A stretch of 64,000 nt of DNA from an uncultured Alphaproteobacteria bacterium (GTDB taxonomy: Bacteria > Pseudomonadota > Alphaproteobacteria > Rhizobiales > Xanthobacteraceae): positions 68,070 to 132,069 of the forward strand of contig CAVPDL010000017.1 in the NCBI GenBank assembly GCA_963702635.1, in the 5' to 3' direction. Below, piece after piece: positions 31,642-44,687 of this stretch. Under the pieces are notes generated by a model, which searched no databases, had not been told where the DNA came from, and worked only from the letters and a program-made list of their open reading frames with translations. A program made the position numbers and the translations under genes. How positions within the stretch are numbered: position 1 is the stretch's first letter; every line of letters begins with the position of its first letter.

Positions 31642-32823
31642 TCACGTCTTGAGGAAGGCGTTGATCTCTTCGAGGAAGCGGCCCCAGGCGGGATCATCTT
31701 CCAGGATGAGATGGTTTTGGCCTTCAAGCGCCACAAACCGCGCGCCGGGGATGCCCGCCGCGAGCCGTCGGCCCTCCTCGAATGGAACGACTGCATCACT
31801 GCGGCAATGCATCACCAGAGTCGGCACAGTGACGCGCGGCAGCAGATCGCTGATATCAACTGAAATCATGGCTTCGCGGATTCGGACGGCATTCTCAGCG
31901 GTTGCAGTGGTACGCTGAAGGTCGTCAAACCATTTCATCTGTTCAGTTGTACCGCCGGGAATGAATAGCGACGTGAAGATGTGCCGGAAGGCTGGACTAT
32001 CCCGACCCCAGCCTTGACGCATCAGTGTTATCAAGGCATTCGCCTGCTCGATTTCCTGCAGCGACCCGCGCTTGTATCGCCCGCGCGCGAATCCTCCATA
32101 GAGCACGAGGTGACTGATACGTTCAGGATTCCGAATCATGTAGGCGACAGAGACGGCGCAACCTTGTGACACACCGAACAGTGCGAACCGTTCCAGTCCG
32201 GCTGCGTCCACCACCGTTTCAAGGTCGCGCACAAAGGCGTCAAACGAAATGTCATCAACGTCCCAATCGGACAAGCCGTTGCCGCGCTCGTCGTACCGAA
32301 CAAGCCGGTGCTCCGCGGCGAGCGCGTGCAACAGATGGCTCCAGACCGGGCTTTGCCAGTCATATTCAAGGTGATTCAGCCAGTTGGCGGCTTTCACCAG
32401 AGGAGGACCCTGTCCGGCTACCGCATAAGCAATACGAACGCCGTCCGGGGCCGTGCAGAAATGAATTTCCTGCTGCGGACGCGGAGGCGTCGACGGCGAT
32501 GCCTTCGATGCCTTGGCTTCGTCCACCGCGCAAACAAAGCGAATGCCCTTGCGCGCGATGGTGCGGATCAGTCGCTGCTGCTCGCCGTTGTCGCCGACCG
32601 CCCTGCGCACCGCATTGATGCGGCTGTCCAGGGTCGAGTCGGAGACGATGCGCCCGCCCCAGACCGTGGCGATCAGGTCGTCTTTGCTCACCACCCGGTC
32701 GCGGTTTTGCACCAGATAGAGCAGGAGGTCGAACACCTGCGGCTCGACCGCGACCAGCTCCGAGCCGCGCCTGAGCTCGCGGCGGTCGGCATCAAGTATA
32801 TGATTTGCAAAGTGAAACTGCAC
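31642..32823 (-). CDS. wHTH + alpha/beta-hydrolase fusion regulator
   Basis: Same wHTH as the neighbouring gene; RYDERGNGLSD, GVSQG elbow, DAVVP, GQNH. Confidence 0.9.
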   Translation of the reverse strand: MQFHFANHILDADRRELRRGSELVAVEPQVFDLLLYLVQNRDRVVSKDDLIATVWGGRIVSDSTLDSRINAVRRAVGDNGEQQRLIRTIARKGIRFVCAVDEAKASKASPSTPPRPQQEIHFCTAPDGVRIAYAVAGQGPPLVKAANWLNHLEYDWQSPVWSHLLHALAAEHRLVRYDERGNGLSDWDVDDISFDAFVRDLETVVDAAGLERFALFGVSQGCAVSVAYMIRNPERISHLVLYGGFARGRYKRGSLQEIEQANALITLMRQGWGRDSPAFRHIFTSLFIPGGTTEQMKWFDDLQRTTATAENAVRIREAMISVDISDLLPRVTVPTLVMHCRSDAVVPFEEGRRLAAGIPGARFVALEGQNHLILEDDPAWGRFLEEINAFLKT

Positions 32824-32862
32824 GTCGTCTCGCCCCGGAAGCCGCGCGTTCTCATGCCATAA

Positions 32863-32900
32863 TCAAGCGTATCTGAAGGACAAATCAAGCGCGCTTCAAA
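32863..32900. promoter_or_regulatory. four direct repeats phased at 11 bp (TCAAG/TGAAG/TCAAG/TCAAA)
   Basis: Repeat starts at 32863, 32874, 32885 and 32896, in the divergent intergenic region. Confidence 0.6.
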
Positions 32901-32977
32901 GCCTTTCGGGTCGCATCCCGGCATTCTCCGGCCCAATCGCCGCGATTTTTCGCGGCCGATATTCAACGGAGAGTGCC

Positions 32978-33214
32978 ATGACTGACGAATTTCGCCGTCA
33001 CCCGGACGGCTCCATCGACTTCGATTTCTATCGCGCTCGGGCCACGACGCTGCGCCGGCAAGCCATGCGCGATGCCTTCGCGCTGCGGACAGGTTCTGCA
33101 GGCGCGCTGGTCATGGCCGGGGCGCTCGGCTGCGCCGTCGTTGTCCCATCCATCACGACACCGGTGCGCGATCGGCTGGCTGCCGCCTGGCCGTCCTCGA
33201 TCCGCACGCCGTGA
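32978..33214 (+). CDS. small hypothetical protein (DGSIDFDFYR motif)
   Basis: GGAG RBS; C-terminal hydrophobic segment. Confidence 0.65.
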   Translation: MTDEFRRHPDGSIDFDFYRARATTLRRQAMRDAFALRTGSAGALVMAGALGCAVVVPSITTPVRDRLAAAWPSSIRTP

Positions 33215-33255
33215 ATGATCCGCGCCCGATCAACCCAACACCACAGGAGAATTCC

Positions 33256-33989
33256 ATGAGTCGGTTCATCGCATTTCTTTACGGCCTCGTGTCCTATCTC
33301 GTGTTCTTCGGCACCATCCTTTACGCCATCGGCTTCGTCGAAGGCCTGCTGGTGCCCAAGACCATCGACAGCGGCGCTGTCGTCCCGCTGACGGAAGCGC
33401 TGATCGTCAACCTGCTGCTGATGTCGCTGTTCGCCGTGCAGCACAGCGTCATGGCGCGCAAGCAGTTCAAGGAGTGGTGGACGCAGTTCGTGCCGAAGTC
33501 GGTCGAGCGCAGCACCTATGTGCTGCTCGCGAGCCTTGCGCTGGTGCTGCTGTTCTGGCAATGGCGGCCGATGCCGGCCGTGGTGTGGCAGGTCGCCGAT
33601 CCGCGGCTCGCGCTGGCCATCACGGTGCTGTCGATGGTCGGCTGGGTGCTGGTGTTCACCTCGACCTTCCTGATCAATCACTTCGAGTTGTTCGGGCTGC
33701 AACAGGTCGGCGAACAACCTGGTCGGCCGACCAATGCCGGAGATGCGCTTCAAGACGCCGGTGCTCTACAAGGTGGTGCGGCATCCGATCTATCTCGGCT
33801 TCATCGTCGCGTTCTGGGCGGCGCCGACGATGACGGTCGGGCATCTGCTGTTCGCGGCGGTGACCACGGCCTACATCTTCGTCGGCATCGCTCCTCGAGG
33901 AGCACGACCTGATCGCGACGTTCGGCGACGAATACCGCCGCTATCGCGAGCGCGTGTCGATGCTGGTGCCCTGGCGTAAATCGGCCTGA
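33256..33989 (+). CDS. mddA: methanethiol S-methyltransferase-like membrane methyltransferase (MddA/ICMT family); frameshifts near 33710 and 33893
   Basis: [48 protein letters not shown]...FGDEY..YR.RV.ML.P. Confidence 0.75.
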
Positions 33990-34034
33990 ATCGGCGCCGT
34001 ACTCGCCTGAATTGGTACCGCACTTGATAGGCTC

Positions 34035-34064
34035 GCGGCGCCGGCGCTTTGCCGGCGCCGCTTT
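34035..34064 (+). terminator. intrinsic terminator-like hairpin
   Basis: gcggcgccggc/gccggcgccgc stem followed by ttt. Confidence 0.55.
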
Positions 34065-34084
34065 CATTCTGCTAACCTGCCAGT

Positions 34085-35513
34085 ATGACAACGCAGGCAG
34101 CGGCCTTCGCGCCGGAGCAGCGCGATCCGAAGGCGATCGAGGCGGCCGTGCGCGCGCTTGCCGCGGCCTTCGGCAACCGCCTGGTAACCTCGCAGGCGGT
34201 GCGCGAGCAGCACGCCAACACCGTCACCTGGATCGAGAACCAGCCGCCCGACGCGGTGGTGTTTCCGCAATCGACCGAGGAGGTGCAGGAGATCGTCCGC
34301 ATCTGCGCGGCGCACCGCGTGCCGGTGATCCCGTTCGGCACCGGCACCTCGCTCGAAGGTCACGTCAACGCGCCGCTCGGCGGCGTCTCGGTCGACGTGC
34401 GCGACATGAACCAGGTGCTGGCGGTGCACGCCGAGGATCTCGACTGCGTGGTCCAGCCGGGCATCACCCGCAAGGCGCTCAACGAGTATCTGCGCGACCA
34501 GGGCGTGTTCTTCCCGATCGACCCCGGCGCCGACGCCTCGCTCGGCGGCATGGCGGCGACGCGCTGCTCCGGCACCAACGCCGTGCGCTACGGCACCATG
34601 AAGGACAACGTGCTGTCGCTCAAAGTGGTGATGGCGAACGGCGAGGTGATGACGACGGCGCGGCGGGCGAAGAAATCCTCGGCCGGCTACGACCTGACGC
34701 GGATGATCGTCGGCTCCGAAGGGCACGCTCGGCGTCATCACCGAGCTGACGCTGAAGCTCTCCGGCATTCCCGAGGCGATCTCGGGCGGCATCTGCCCGT
34801 TCCCGTCGGTCGAGCGCCTGCTGCAACGCCGCCATCATGACCATCCAGTCCGGCATTCCGGTGGCGCGCATCGAGCTGCTCGACGCGCTTCAGGTGCGCG
34901 CCGTCAATCTCCATTCCAAGCTCGCGCTTGCGCGAGACGCCGATGCTGTTCCTGGAATTCCACGGCACCGAGGCGGGCGTCGCCGAGCAGTCCGAGCGCT
35001 TCGGCGAGATCGCGGACGAGCTCGGCGGCGGGCCGTTCGAATGGACCGACGCGGCCGGAGGAGCGCACCAGGCTCTGGGAGGCGCGCCACAACGCGGCGT
35101 TCGTCGAACTTCACGCTGCGGCCCGGCGCCAGCATGGTCGCGACCGACGTCTGCGTGCCGATCTCGCGGCTCGCCGAATGCGTCACCGAGACCCAGCGCG
35201 ACATCGCCGAGAGCAAGCTGATCGCGCCGATCGTCGGCCACGTCGGCGACGGCAACTTCCATCTGACGCTGCTGGTCGACATGCGACAATCCCGACGAGA
35301 TCAAGGTGGCCAAGGACGTTCAACGAGCGGCTGGTCGAGCGGGCGCTGGCCATGGACGGCACCTGCACCGGCGAGCACGGCGTCGGCCAGGGCAAGATGA
35401 AGTATCTGCTGGCCGAGCACGGCGCGCCGGCGCTCGAGGCGATGCGGGCGATCAAGCAGGCGCTCGATCCGCAGGGCATCATGAACCCGGGCAAAATCTT
35501 TGCTTTGAGCTAA
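34085..35513 (+). CDS. FAD-linked oxidase, D-lactate dehydrogenase (cytochrome)/GlcD family (frameshifts)
   Basis: [57 protein letters not shown]. Confidence 0.9.
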
Positions 35514-35657
35514 ACTGTTCGCGGACACAGATTCGCCGCCAAACGACGCCAGTTGAGTTTGCAGGCCGGCCGGACGGGTCGCGCCTGCCTGTCGCCATAC
35601 CTAGCTTGGTATCTCGGCTCAGCCGGGATGCCGGGCAAGACCTGCACCGGAGCCATC

Positions 35658-38600
35658 GTGCAGACGACGCTGTTGAGCATTGCGATTGCCTTGATCCTGG
35701 CGCTGCTGGCGGCGCTGGTCGGGCCGCATTTCATCCGCTGGAACGACCACCGCGCTTTCTTCGAGGCCGAGGCCAGCCGGCTGGTCGGCATCAAGGTCAA
35801 GGTCGGCGGCGACATCGACGCCGCGCTGCTGCCGTTTCCGTCGGTGACGCTGCGCGCCATCGCCATCGGGCCGGCCGGCGAGGGCAGCCGGATGCGCGCC
35901 CGCTCGCTCCGCATCGAACTCGGCGCTCGGGCCGCTGATGCGCGGCGAGCTTCGGGCGACGGAGATGCGGCTGGTCGCGCCGCAGTTCAACATCGGCCTC
36001 GACAGGCAGGGCCAGATCGACTGGCCGCCGCTCGCGCTCGCCAACGAGACGCTGTCGATCGACCGGCTGAGCATCGAGGACGGCCGCGCGACGCTGACCG
36101 ACGTCGACAGCAAGTCGAAGCTTGAGCTCGACCAGTTGTGGTTCGCCGGCGACGTGCGTTCGCTCGACCGGGCCGATCCGCGGCAAGGGCGAGTTCGTCA
36201 CCGGCGGCGGGCTCTACGGCTACGAATTTCGGCCGGGCGCGGCGGGCCGGATGGCACGCGGCTGAAGTTCAGCCTCAAGACCGACGAGCATCCGCTCGAC
36301 GGTCGAAGCCGAAGGCCTGCTGGCGCTCGATCGCGCGACGCCGCGCTTCGACGGCGCGCTGACGCTGTCGCGGCCGGCCGGCGCGGTGCTGGCGAACGGC
36401 AAGGCCGTCGCCTACGAGCCGTGGCGGCTGACCAGCAAGGTCAAGGCCGGGGCGTCGTCGGCCACGCTGGATGACGTCGCGTTCCAGTACGGGCCCGACG
36501 AGCGCGCGGCCACGCTCGCCGGCTCGGCGGAGTTCAAGTTCGGCGCGCAGCCGCAATTGCAGGGCGCGCTGTCGGCGCGCCAGGTCGATCTCGACCGGCT
36601 GCTGGCGACGCCGGAGGCGCCGCGGCGTCTGCCGCTCGCGGCGGTGCAGGCCTTCGGCGACATGCTCGGCAGTGCATTGCGGCCGCCATGGCCGGTGCGA
36701 GCTCACGCTCGGCATCGATGCGGTGACGCTCGGCGGCGCGGCGGTGCAGAACGTCTGCGAGCGAGCTTCGCTCCGACGGCACAAGCTGGACGCTGGACAG
36801 GCTCGAGCTTCGCGCGCCCGGGTTCACCCAGGTCAAGGTCGACAGGCCGGCTCTATCCGCTGGGCAAGGGACTGGGCTTTGCCGGCGGCGCCAGCGTCGA
36901 TTCCAACGATCCGAAGAACCTGGTGGCCTGGCTCGCCGGACACGCGACCGCTGCCGCGCAGTTCAAGCCGTGGCACGCCAAAGGCGATGTGACGCTCGGC
37001 GCCGACCGGATCGCGGTCGAGCATCTGCGCACCGAGTTCGAGCGCGGCACGGTCGAGGGCAGCGTGGTCCTACGCTTGGCCCGCCGGCGACCGGCCGGCG
37101 CGGCTCGATGGCGAGCTGCGCGCGGCCGAGCTCGATCTCGACGGCGTGATCGGCTTCGGCCAGTCGGCGCTGTCGGGCCTGGGACTTGGAGCGGCCGGGC
37201 GAGGTCACGCTCGCCATCGAAGTCGGCCGCGCCCGGGTTGCCGGCTTCGACGCCCGCGATCATCGCGGCGCGGCTCGACGCTGGACGCCAACGGGCTCGC
37301 GATCGAGCGGCTGTCGATCGCGCGACCTGGGCGACACGAGCTTCGTCGCCACCGGACGAATCCAGACCACAGTCGCCGCCGGGCGGCAGCATCACCGTCG
37401 ATCTCGACTGCCCGCGACCTCGGCGGCATCATCGCGCTCGCCGAGAAGTTCGCGCCGGCGCTTGGCCGAACCGATGCGCCGGATCGCGGCCCGCCAGAGG
37501 ACCGCGGCGCTGCGCGCCGCGTCAGCCTGGAGGACATCGGCGACGAGGCCGCGCCAGCGGCAAGATCGGCCTGACCGGCCAGCTCGGCGCCATCCGCGTC
37601 AATATCTCGGCGAGCGCGACCGGCAAGCGCGAGGCGTTCATCGCCGACCGATCTCGGCGCGCTGACCGGCGCCGAAGTTCGTATCGACGGCCGGTTGGAG
37701 GCCGATGAGGCCGGCCCGCTGCTGGCGCTGCTCGGGCTCGATCGCATCGTCGCCGGCGACCGGCAAGCCGGCGCGGCTCGACGTCGTCGGCGAACGGACC
37801 GCTCGGCCGCGAACTTCCGTTCAAGGCAAGCTCGCCGCCGGCCCGATCGACGTCGCCGGCAAGGGCACGTTGCGGCTCGCTCGTCCGGCCAGCCGGCGAC
37901 GCTCGATCTCGAACAGTTCGCGGGCACGATCGGCGGCAGCAAGGTGCAGGGCCGGCTGACGCTTGCGCTTCGGCGACGTGCCGCGGGTCGAAGGCTCGAT
38001 CGAGGCGGAAACGCTCGATGCGCCGGCGGTGATCGCGGCCGCGATCGGCATGCCCGCGCACGCTGCCGCAGGCGGTACCGGCTGGTCGACCGATCCGATT
38101 GCCTGGAGCCCGATCGGCCTCGGCGGCCGCATCGGCTTCAAGGCGCAGCGGGCGGCGTTCGCGCCCTGGCTGGTGGCGCAGAACCTGCAGCGGCATGGCG
38201 CGGTTCGACGGTCCGGAAATCGTGTTCGAGGACGTCGCGGGCGAGCTCGGCAAGGGCCGGTTCGAAGGCCGGCTGGCGGTGTCCAACGGCGCGCGACGGC
38301 CTGTCGGCGCGGCTTCGCGTCGGCCTGGCCGACGCCGAGCTCGGCGCGATCGTTCGCCGAGCGAACGTCCGTCCGGCGTCGTCCGGCCGCCTGACGTTGC
38401 AGACCGAGCTCGAGGGCGCCGGCCGCAGCCCCGCCGCCTTCATCGGCTCGCTGACCGGCTTCGGCTCGATCAGCGCTCGAACAGGCGCCAGTTCGCCGGC
38501 CTCAATCCCGGATGTGTTCGGCGCGGTGACCCGCGCGGTCGAGCTTGGCATTCCGACCGAGGGCGCCCGCATCCGCGAGTTCGTCACCGGCGCGCTCGAC

Positions 38601-39208
38601 AACGCCGGCCTGCCGGTGTCGAAGGCGTCGGCCGCGATCAGCATCAACGCCGGGCAGGCGCGGCTGCGCGACATCGCCATCAAGGCCGATGGCGCGGATC
38701 TCCAGGCCATCGTCAACGTCGATCTCGCCGACGCCACGCTCGATGCGATGCTGACTCTCGACTGCGCTTGCCGTCGACGGCGGACGCCGCGCGCCCGGCG
38801 GTGCTGGTCGCGCTAAAAGGGCGCGCTGCCGCCGCCCAAGCGCACGGTCGACACCAGCCTGCTGACGAGCTGGCTGACGCTGCGCGCGGTCGAGCAGCAG
38901 TCCAAGCAGATCGACGCGATGGAGCGGGCGCGCCGGGAAGCGGCCGCCGCCGCAGGCGGCCGATAGCCGCGGCGCAAGCAGCCGGTCGCGGCGCCGCGTC
39001 TCGACCGTGCCCGAAGCGGCGCCGGCGGCTGCGGAGTCGTCGCCGGCGCCCGATTGGCCGGTTCCAGGAGGCGTGCAGGCGCCGGCGCTTGCCGCCGCCG
39101 ATTACGTTCCAGCGGCGCCGAAGCCGCGCGCGGCGCCACGGGCCGACAATGCGGCGCCCGCCGCGCGCGGCGACGCAGCCGCCGGCGTTACTCGGCGCGC
39201 AGAACTGA
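35658..39208 (+). CDS. AsmA-family membrane protein (many frameshifts)
   Basis: VQTTLL.IAIALILALLAALVGP.FI.WN..RAFFE N-terminus and LTSWLTLRAVEQQSK C-terminus. Confidence 0.8.
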
Positions 39209-39485
39209 CGGTCGTCGTCCGCATGGCCGATGAGGTCGCGGGTCGACCGCGGGCTCCGGGGACCGGCGACGTGCCATTGCGATAGTGATCGAGCACGAAC
39301 AGCCGGATGGCCGACGACAGATTGCCGTGCTGGCGATCGGTGTCGATCGCCGACACAAGATCGGACAGGGTCATGTCGCGGTCGTCGGCGATTTCCTTGA
39401 GACCCTTCCAGAACGCATCTTCGAGACTGACGCTCGTCTTGTGGCCTGCGATGACGATGGAGCGTTTGACAACCGGCGATTTCAT
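39102..39485 (-). CDS. ribbon-helix-helix domain protein (3' end uncertain)
   Basis: VVKRSIVIAGHKTSVSLEDAFW...NLSSAIRLFVL. Confidence 0.85.
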   Translation of the reverse strand: MKSPVVKRSIVIAGHKTSVSLEDAFWKGLKEIADDRDMTLSDLVSAIDTDRQHGNLSSAIRLFVLDHYRNGTSPVPGARGRPATSSAMRTTTVSSARRVTPAAASPRAAGAALSARGAARGFGAAGT

Positions 39486-39671
39486 CGACGGTCTCCTGTT
39501 TCGATCCGATGCTGATCGAGAGTGTGGCGGGCCTTGTCGCGGTCCGCCGCCGCACGGTCGCGCTCCGATTTGGAGGCGCCATGGGCGAGCCGCTGCTTCG
39601 GCGGCGTGGTGTTCGGCCTTGCTGCGTGCGGCGCGCTTGCGGGCGATCCGCAGGTTGACGATCTCAGCCAT
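39482..39671 (-). CDS. DUF4169-like small basic protein (frameshift)
   Basis: MAEIVNLR.ARK...A..HG.SK.ER...LDQHR; stop overlaps the RHH start. Confidence 0.75.
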
Positions 39672-40097
39672 GCCAGAGCCTCGGTGTCTGAGCCTTGAGG
39701 CATTCCGCGCCAATTGCGCCGATACGGTGGCGGGGATTGCTGCTGGTGTCGGCCAGTTCACAGAATGCAGTCGAGCCTGTGGCGATCGGCAAGACACGGT
39801 TGAGTGACCGAATGGATTGATTTTGGCTCAAATTGGAATTGCGCAGATCAGTCATTCGAAAAATGAAGGACGGCATCGCGTATTTCGCGAAAGTATATTT
39901 GAACTATACCGGACGCTGCCGCTGAATACCTGAAATCAGGGCGTGACCGACCTTGCGTCATGGTTGCAGGGCATGGCTTGCGCCATCATGATACCGGAAT
40001 TGTCCGACGTGACGTCCGGCGACGCTGCGTCGAGCGGATCATCGCTGCTGCAAATTTCGCGCCGCGGCAACGTTGCGTTATCCAAGTCGCGCTCGAC

Positions 40098-41537
<1,440 letters not shown>

Positions 41538-41538
<1 letters not shown>

Positions 41539-42114
41539 CACTTCTTGCGGAAGCGGTCGAGCCGCACGACCTCGGCGCCGGCCTTGTCGTCGGGCTTGTC
41601 TGGCTTGGCGGCTCGTCGGCGGATGGCCGGCGGCGGCGGACTCGCCGGAACGCTGGCTCGCCGCGACTCTTGCGGTGCGCGCCGGCGCTTGCCTTGCCGG
41701 CTGGCTGTTCCGCCGGCTCGGCCTCGGCTTCGTCGTCCTCGTCCGCGTCTCCGGCCAGCGTCTCGAACTGCAGCGTGAACTGCACCGAAGGATCGGCGAA
41801 GACCTTGATCGCGGCGAACGGCACGATCAGCCGCTCCGGCACGCCGCCGAACGACAGGCCGACCTCGAACGCGTCGTCGGTCACCTTGAGGTCCCAGAAC
41901 TGATGCTGCAGCACGATGGTCATTTCTTCGCGGATATTGCGCGCGCAGCCGCGTCCGACAGCCGCACGCCCTCGGCGGTGGTGTCGAAGGTGATGAAGAA
42001 ATGATGCTCGCCGGGCAGGCCCTTGGCCTTGGCGATTTCGGCCAGCACGTCGCGGACCATGCCGCGCAGGGCCTCCTGGACCAGGATGTCGTAGCGGATG
42101 TGATCGACGGGCAT
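41538..42114 (-). CDS. sspB: alphaproteobacterial SspB (ClpXP adaptor); frameshifts
   Basis: [32 protein letters not shown]-terminal [12 protein letters not shown]; adjacent to tmRNA. Confidence 0.9.
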
Positions 42115-42238
42115 GGGGATTCGGAGTTCTCGAGCACGAGGCTAACGCGCAGGCCGCCGAATAGCATCCGGCGGTGCATGCGCGCAAATGTCGAGCACGG
42201 CCGCAATATAGGCGAGTCGGACGGAGGATCGAGGGAAG

Positions 42239-42558
42239 AGGTGGAGGCTTCTGTTGCCAGGTGCCTCCGGACCCCGCCTGACGGAGCTTAACCCGTCAGG
42301 GCTTTAGGCTTGGTTTTTCAAACCGCTTACGCGGCCTGAGCAACCGGAGCATAGTTGTCGTTTGCAACTATGGTTGTGGCCCAATAACGTCGGACCCATT
42401 CCGGGCAAAAGCGCGTCCTTTACACCCTCGTCGATCCTAGTTCGGCCCCGCCGAAACCCGTGCCTCGCCGGGCTTGGGTGGAGCCGCCGGGTACTGCCCC
42501 CGGGTCCGAAAGGCTTATTACGACGGCCGTTTATCGCCATATCCGGCTTGCGCCGGCA
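42239..42558 (-). ncRNA. ssrA: two-piece (permuted) tmRNA
   Basis: Acceptor piece ...GACCCGGGGGCAGTACCCGGCGGCTCCACC precedes the coding piece starting GGGGCCGAAC.AGGATCGAC; tag ANDNYAPVAQAA* at 42365..42327. Ends approximate. Confidence 0.93.
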
Positions 42559-42790
42559 CACTGAATATAGGCGCGGAAGGTTGACGAAAAAAGACTACCG
42601 ATCGGACGTGCCGACCGATTTTGGCCTTTCGTGGCGTTGGGCGCCCTTCATGAGAACCGCGCGTCGGCGGCTTCTGTAATCATCTGTCCCAAAACGAGGC
42701 TGGGAAAGACGACGTCTCCGGCAAAGCCAAAAATATCCGGATGGCGCCGGCACGCAAAAACGAATGGCTGTCTGTCGATTCAACAGCTAA

Positions 42791-43377
42791 ATGTCTCCGG
42801 CCATGTCCGAGACTGCCGCTCCACCGTCGGCCACAGCGCCGGCGCCCAGCCACGCCGAACTCTTCCTCGCCTTCTTCAAGATCACGCTATCCGGGTTCGG
42901 CGGCACTTTGCCGTGGACGCGGCGCATGTTCGTCGAGAAAAAGCGCTGGATGACGGCGGAGGAGTTCAACGACGTCTATGCGCTTTGCCAGTTCCTGCCC
43001 GGGCCCAACATCGTCAATCTCACCGCGGTGTTCGGCTCGCGGATGCGCGGCGCCGACCGGAGCGATCGCGGCCTGGGCGGGATTTCTGCTCGTGCCGTTC
43101 TGCGTGATGCTCGCCGCCGGCATGCTTTATGAGCGATACGGCGACGTCGAAGCCGTGCGCCGCGTGCTCGGCGGCGTCGCGCCGGCCGCGGCCGGCCTGA
43201 TCATCGCGACGGTGGCGAAGATGGCGGCGCCGATGTTCCGCAGCTTCGGGCCGGCGCCGTTCGTGCTGCTGGCCACGGCGTTCGCCATCGGCCTGATGCG
43301 CTGGCCGCTGCTGCTGGTGCTGATCGTGCTGGTGCCGGTCGAGCATCGGCGCTTGGCCTGGTGGATGGCGGCGATGA
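42791..43377 (+). CDS. chrA: short-chain chromate transporter, first subunit (frameshifts)
   Basis: LSGFGG, LCQFLPGPNIVN. Confidence 0.85.
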
Positions 43378-43909
43378 AGGCGGACGGCGATATCCTGGTC
43401 ACGCTCGCGGTGCAGTTCGCGATCATGTCGCTGCTGGCGCTCGGCGGCGCCAACGCGGTGGTGCCGGAAATGCATCGCCAGGCGGTCGAATTGCGCGGCT
43501 GGATGAGCGAGCGGGAGTTCGCCGACATGTTCGCGATTTCGCAGGCCGCGCCCGGCCCGAACGTGATGCTGGTGACGCTGATCGGCTATCACGTCGCAGG
43601 CGTTGCCGGCGCGCTGGTCACGACCTTGGCGATGTGCGGCCCGACCGCGGTGCTGGCTCATTTTCTGGGCCGCGACCTGGGACCGCTTCAAGGATGCGCC
43701 TTGGCGCATGGCGGTGCAGGCGGGCGTTGTGCCGATTTCGGTCGGTCTCGTCGGCGCCAGCGCGATCGTTTTGACCCGCGCCGCCGACCATAGCTGGGTC
43801 GCCGGCGGTCATTACCGTCGCCACCGCGCTGACCGCCTACTGGACGCGCTGGAACCCGCTCTGGTTGATCGGGATCGCCGGGCTGGCCGGACTCACCGGC
43901 TTGGTTTGA
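43374..43909 (+). CDS. chrA: short-chain chromate transporter, second subunit (frameshifts)
   Basis: LALGGAN, ISQAAPGPN; ATGA overlap with the first subunit after indel correction. Confidence 0.85.
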
Positions 43910-44016
43910 TCTTATTGATTTTTCAGCCGCGCCAAGTCGTGGTTGCTTTTTCTGGCGGAAAGCTGTCTGTTACCGAGGGGGAAATGCGCTAAAGTCAGTG
44001 AGGAGGGGAGTGCGTA

Positions 44017-44672
44017 ATGTCTGATGCAACGCCATCAGGAGATTGGTCGCGTTCGGCTGCGGCGCAGCGGCAATACAATCTGGTCGGCGGCGCGATTCTG
44101 GCGGTGGCCGGGCTTGTCCTGTTTGCGACGTCGTTCCTGTTGCAAAATCCGGTTCCGCTGACGGTGCGCGGCTCCATCGTCATTTTCATCGCGGTCGGCA
44201 TCGCGATCTCCGCCGGGCTGTTGCGGGTGCAGAATCCGCAGGACGTCTACGGCGGCATGGCGCTGATCCTGCTGGCGCTGATCGCGTTCGTCGCCTCGAA
44301 CGATCTGCCGGGCATGCGCGGCTTCGCGTTCGGTCCCGGCACCGCGCCGCGCCTGTTCGCCTTCACGCTCGCGCTGCTTGTCGCTCGGCGTTCGTGGTCG
44401 GCGGGCTGTTGACCAGCGGGCCCGAGGTGACCGGCTACAAGATACGCGGCGTCGTCTTCATCATCGGATCGATCCTGGCCTTTGCCGCGGCCATCCGGCC
44501 GCTCGGCCTCGTCATCGCGAGCTTCGCCACCATGGTGATCTGCGCGGCCGCCGCCGAGGACGTGAAATGGCGCGAGACCGTGATCGTCGCCGCGCTGGTC
44601 ACGGCGTTCTGCTCCGTGCTGTTTCCCTATGGTCTGGACCTGCCGTTCCAGCTTTGGCCGCGGTTCTGGTGA
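44017..44672 (+). CDS. tctB: tripartite tricarboxylate transporter small subunit (frameshift)
   Basis: QNPQD.YGG, GPGTAPRL, RPLGLV, LFPYGLDLP; directly upstream of tctA. Confidence 0.8.
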
Positions 44673-44687
44673 TCGGCGAGAACCACC

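Noticed and set aside
42239-42558. tmRNA as an occupied integration site or a novel RNA
   Set aside because: The permuted form next to sspB is standard for alphaproteobacteria; no duplicated 3' end or integrase is present.
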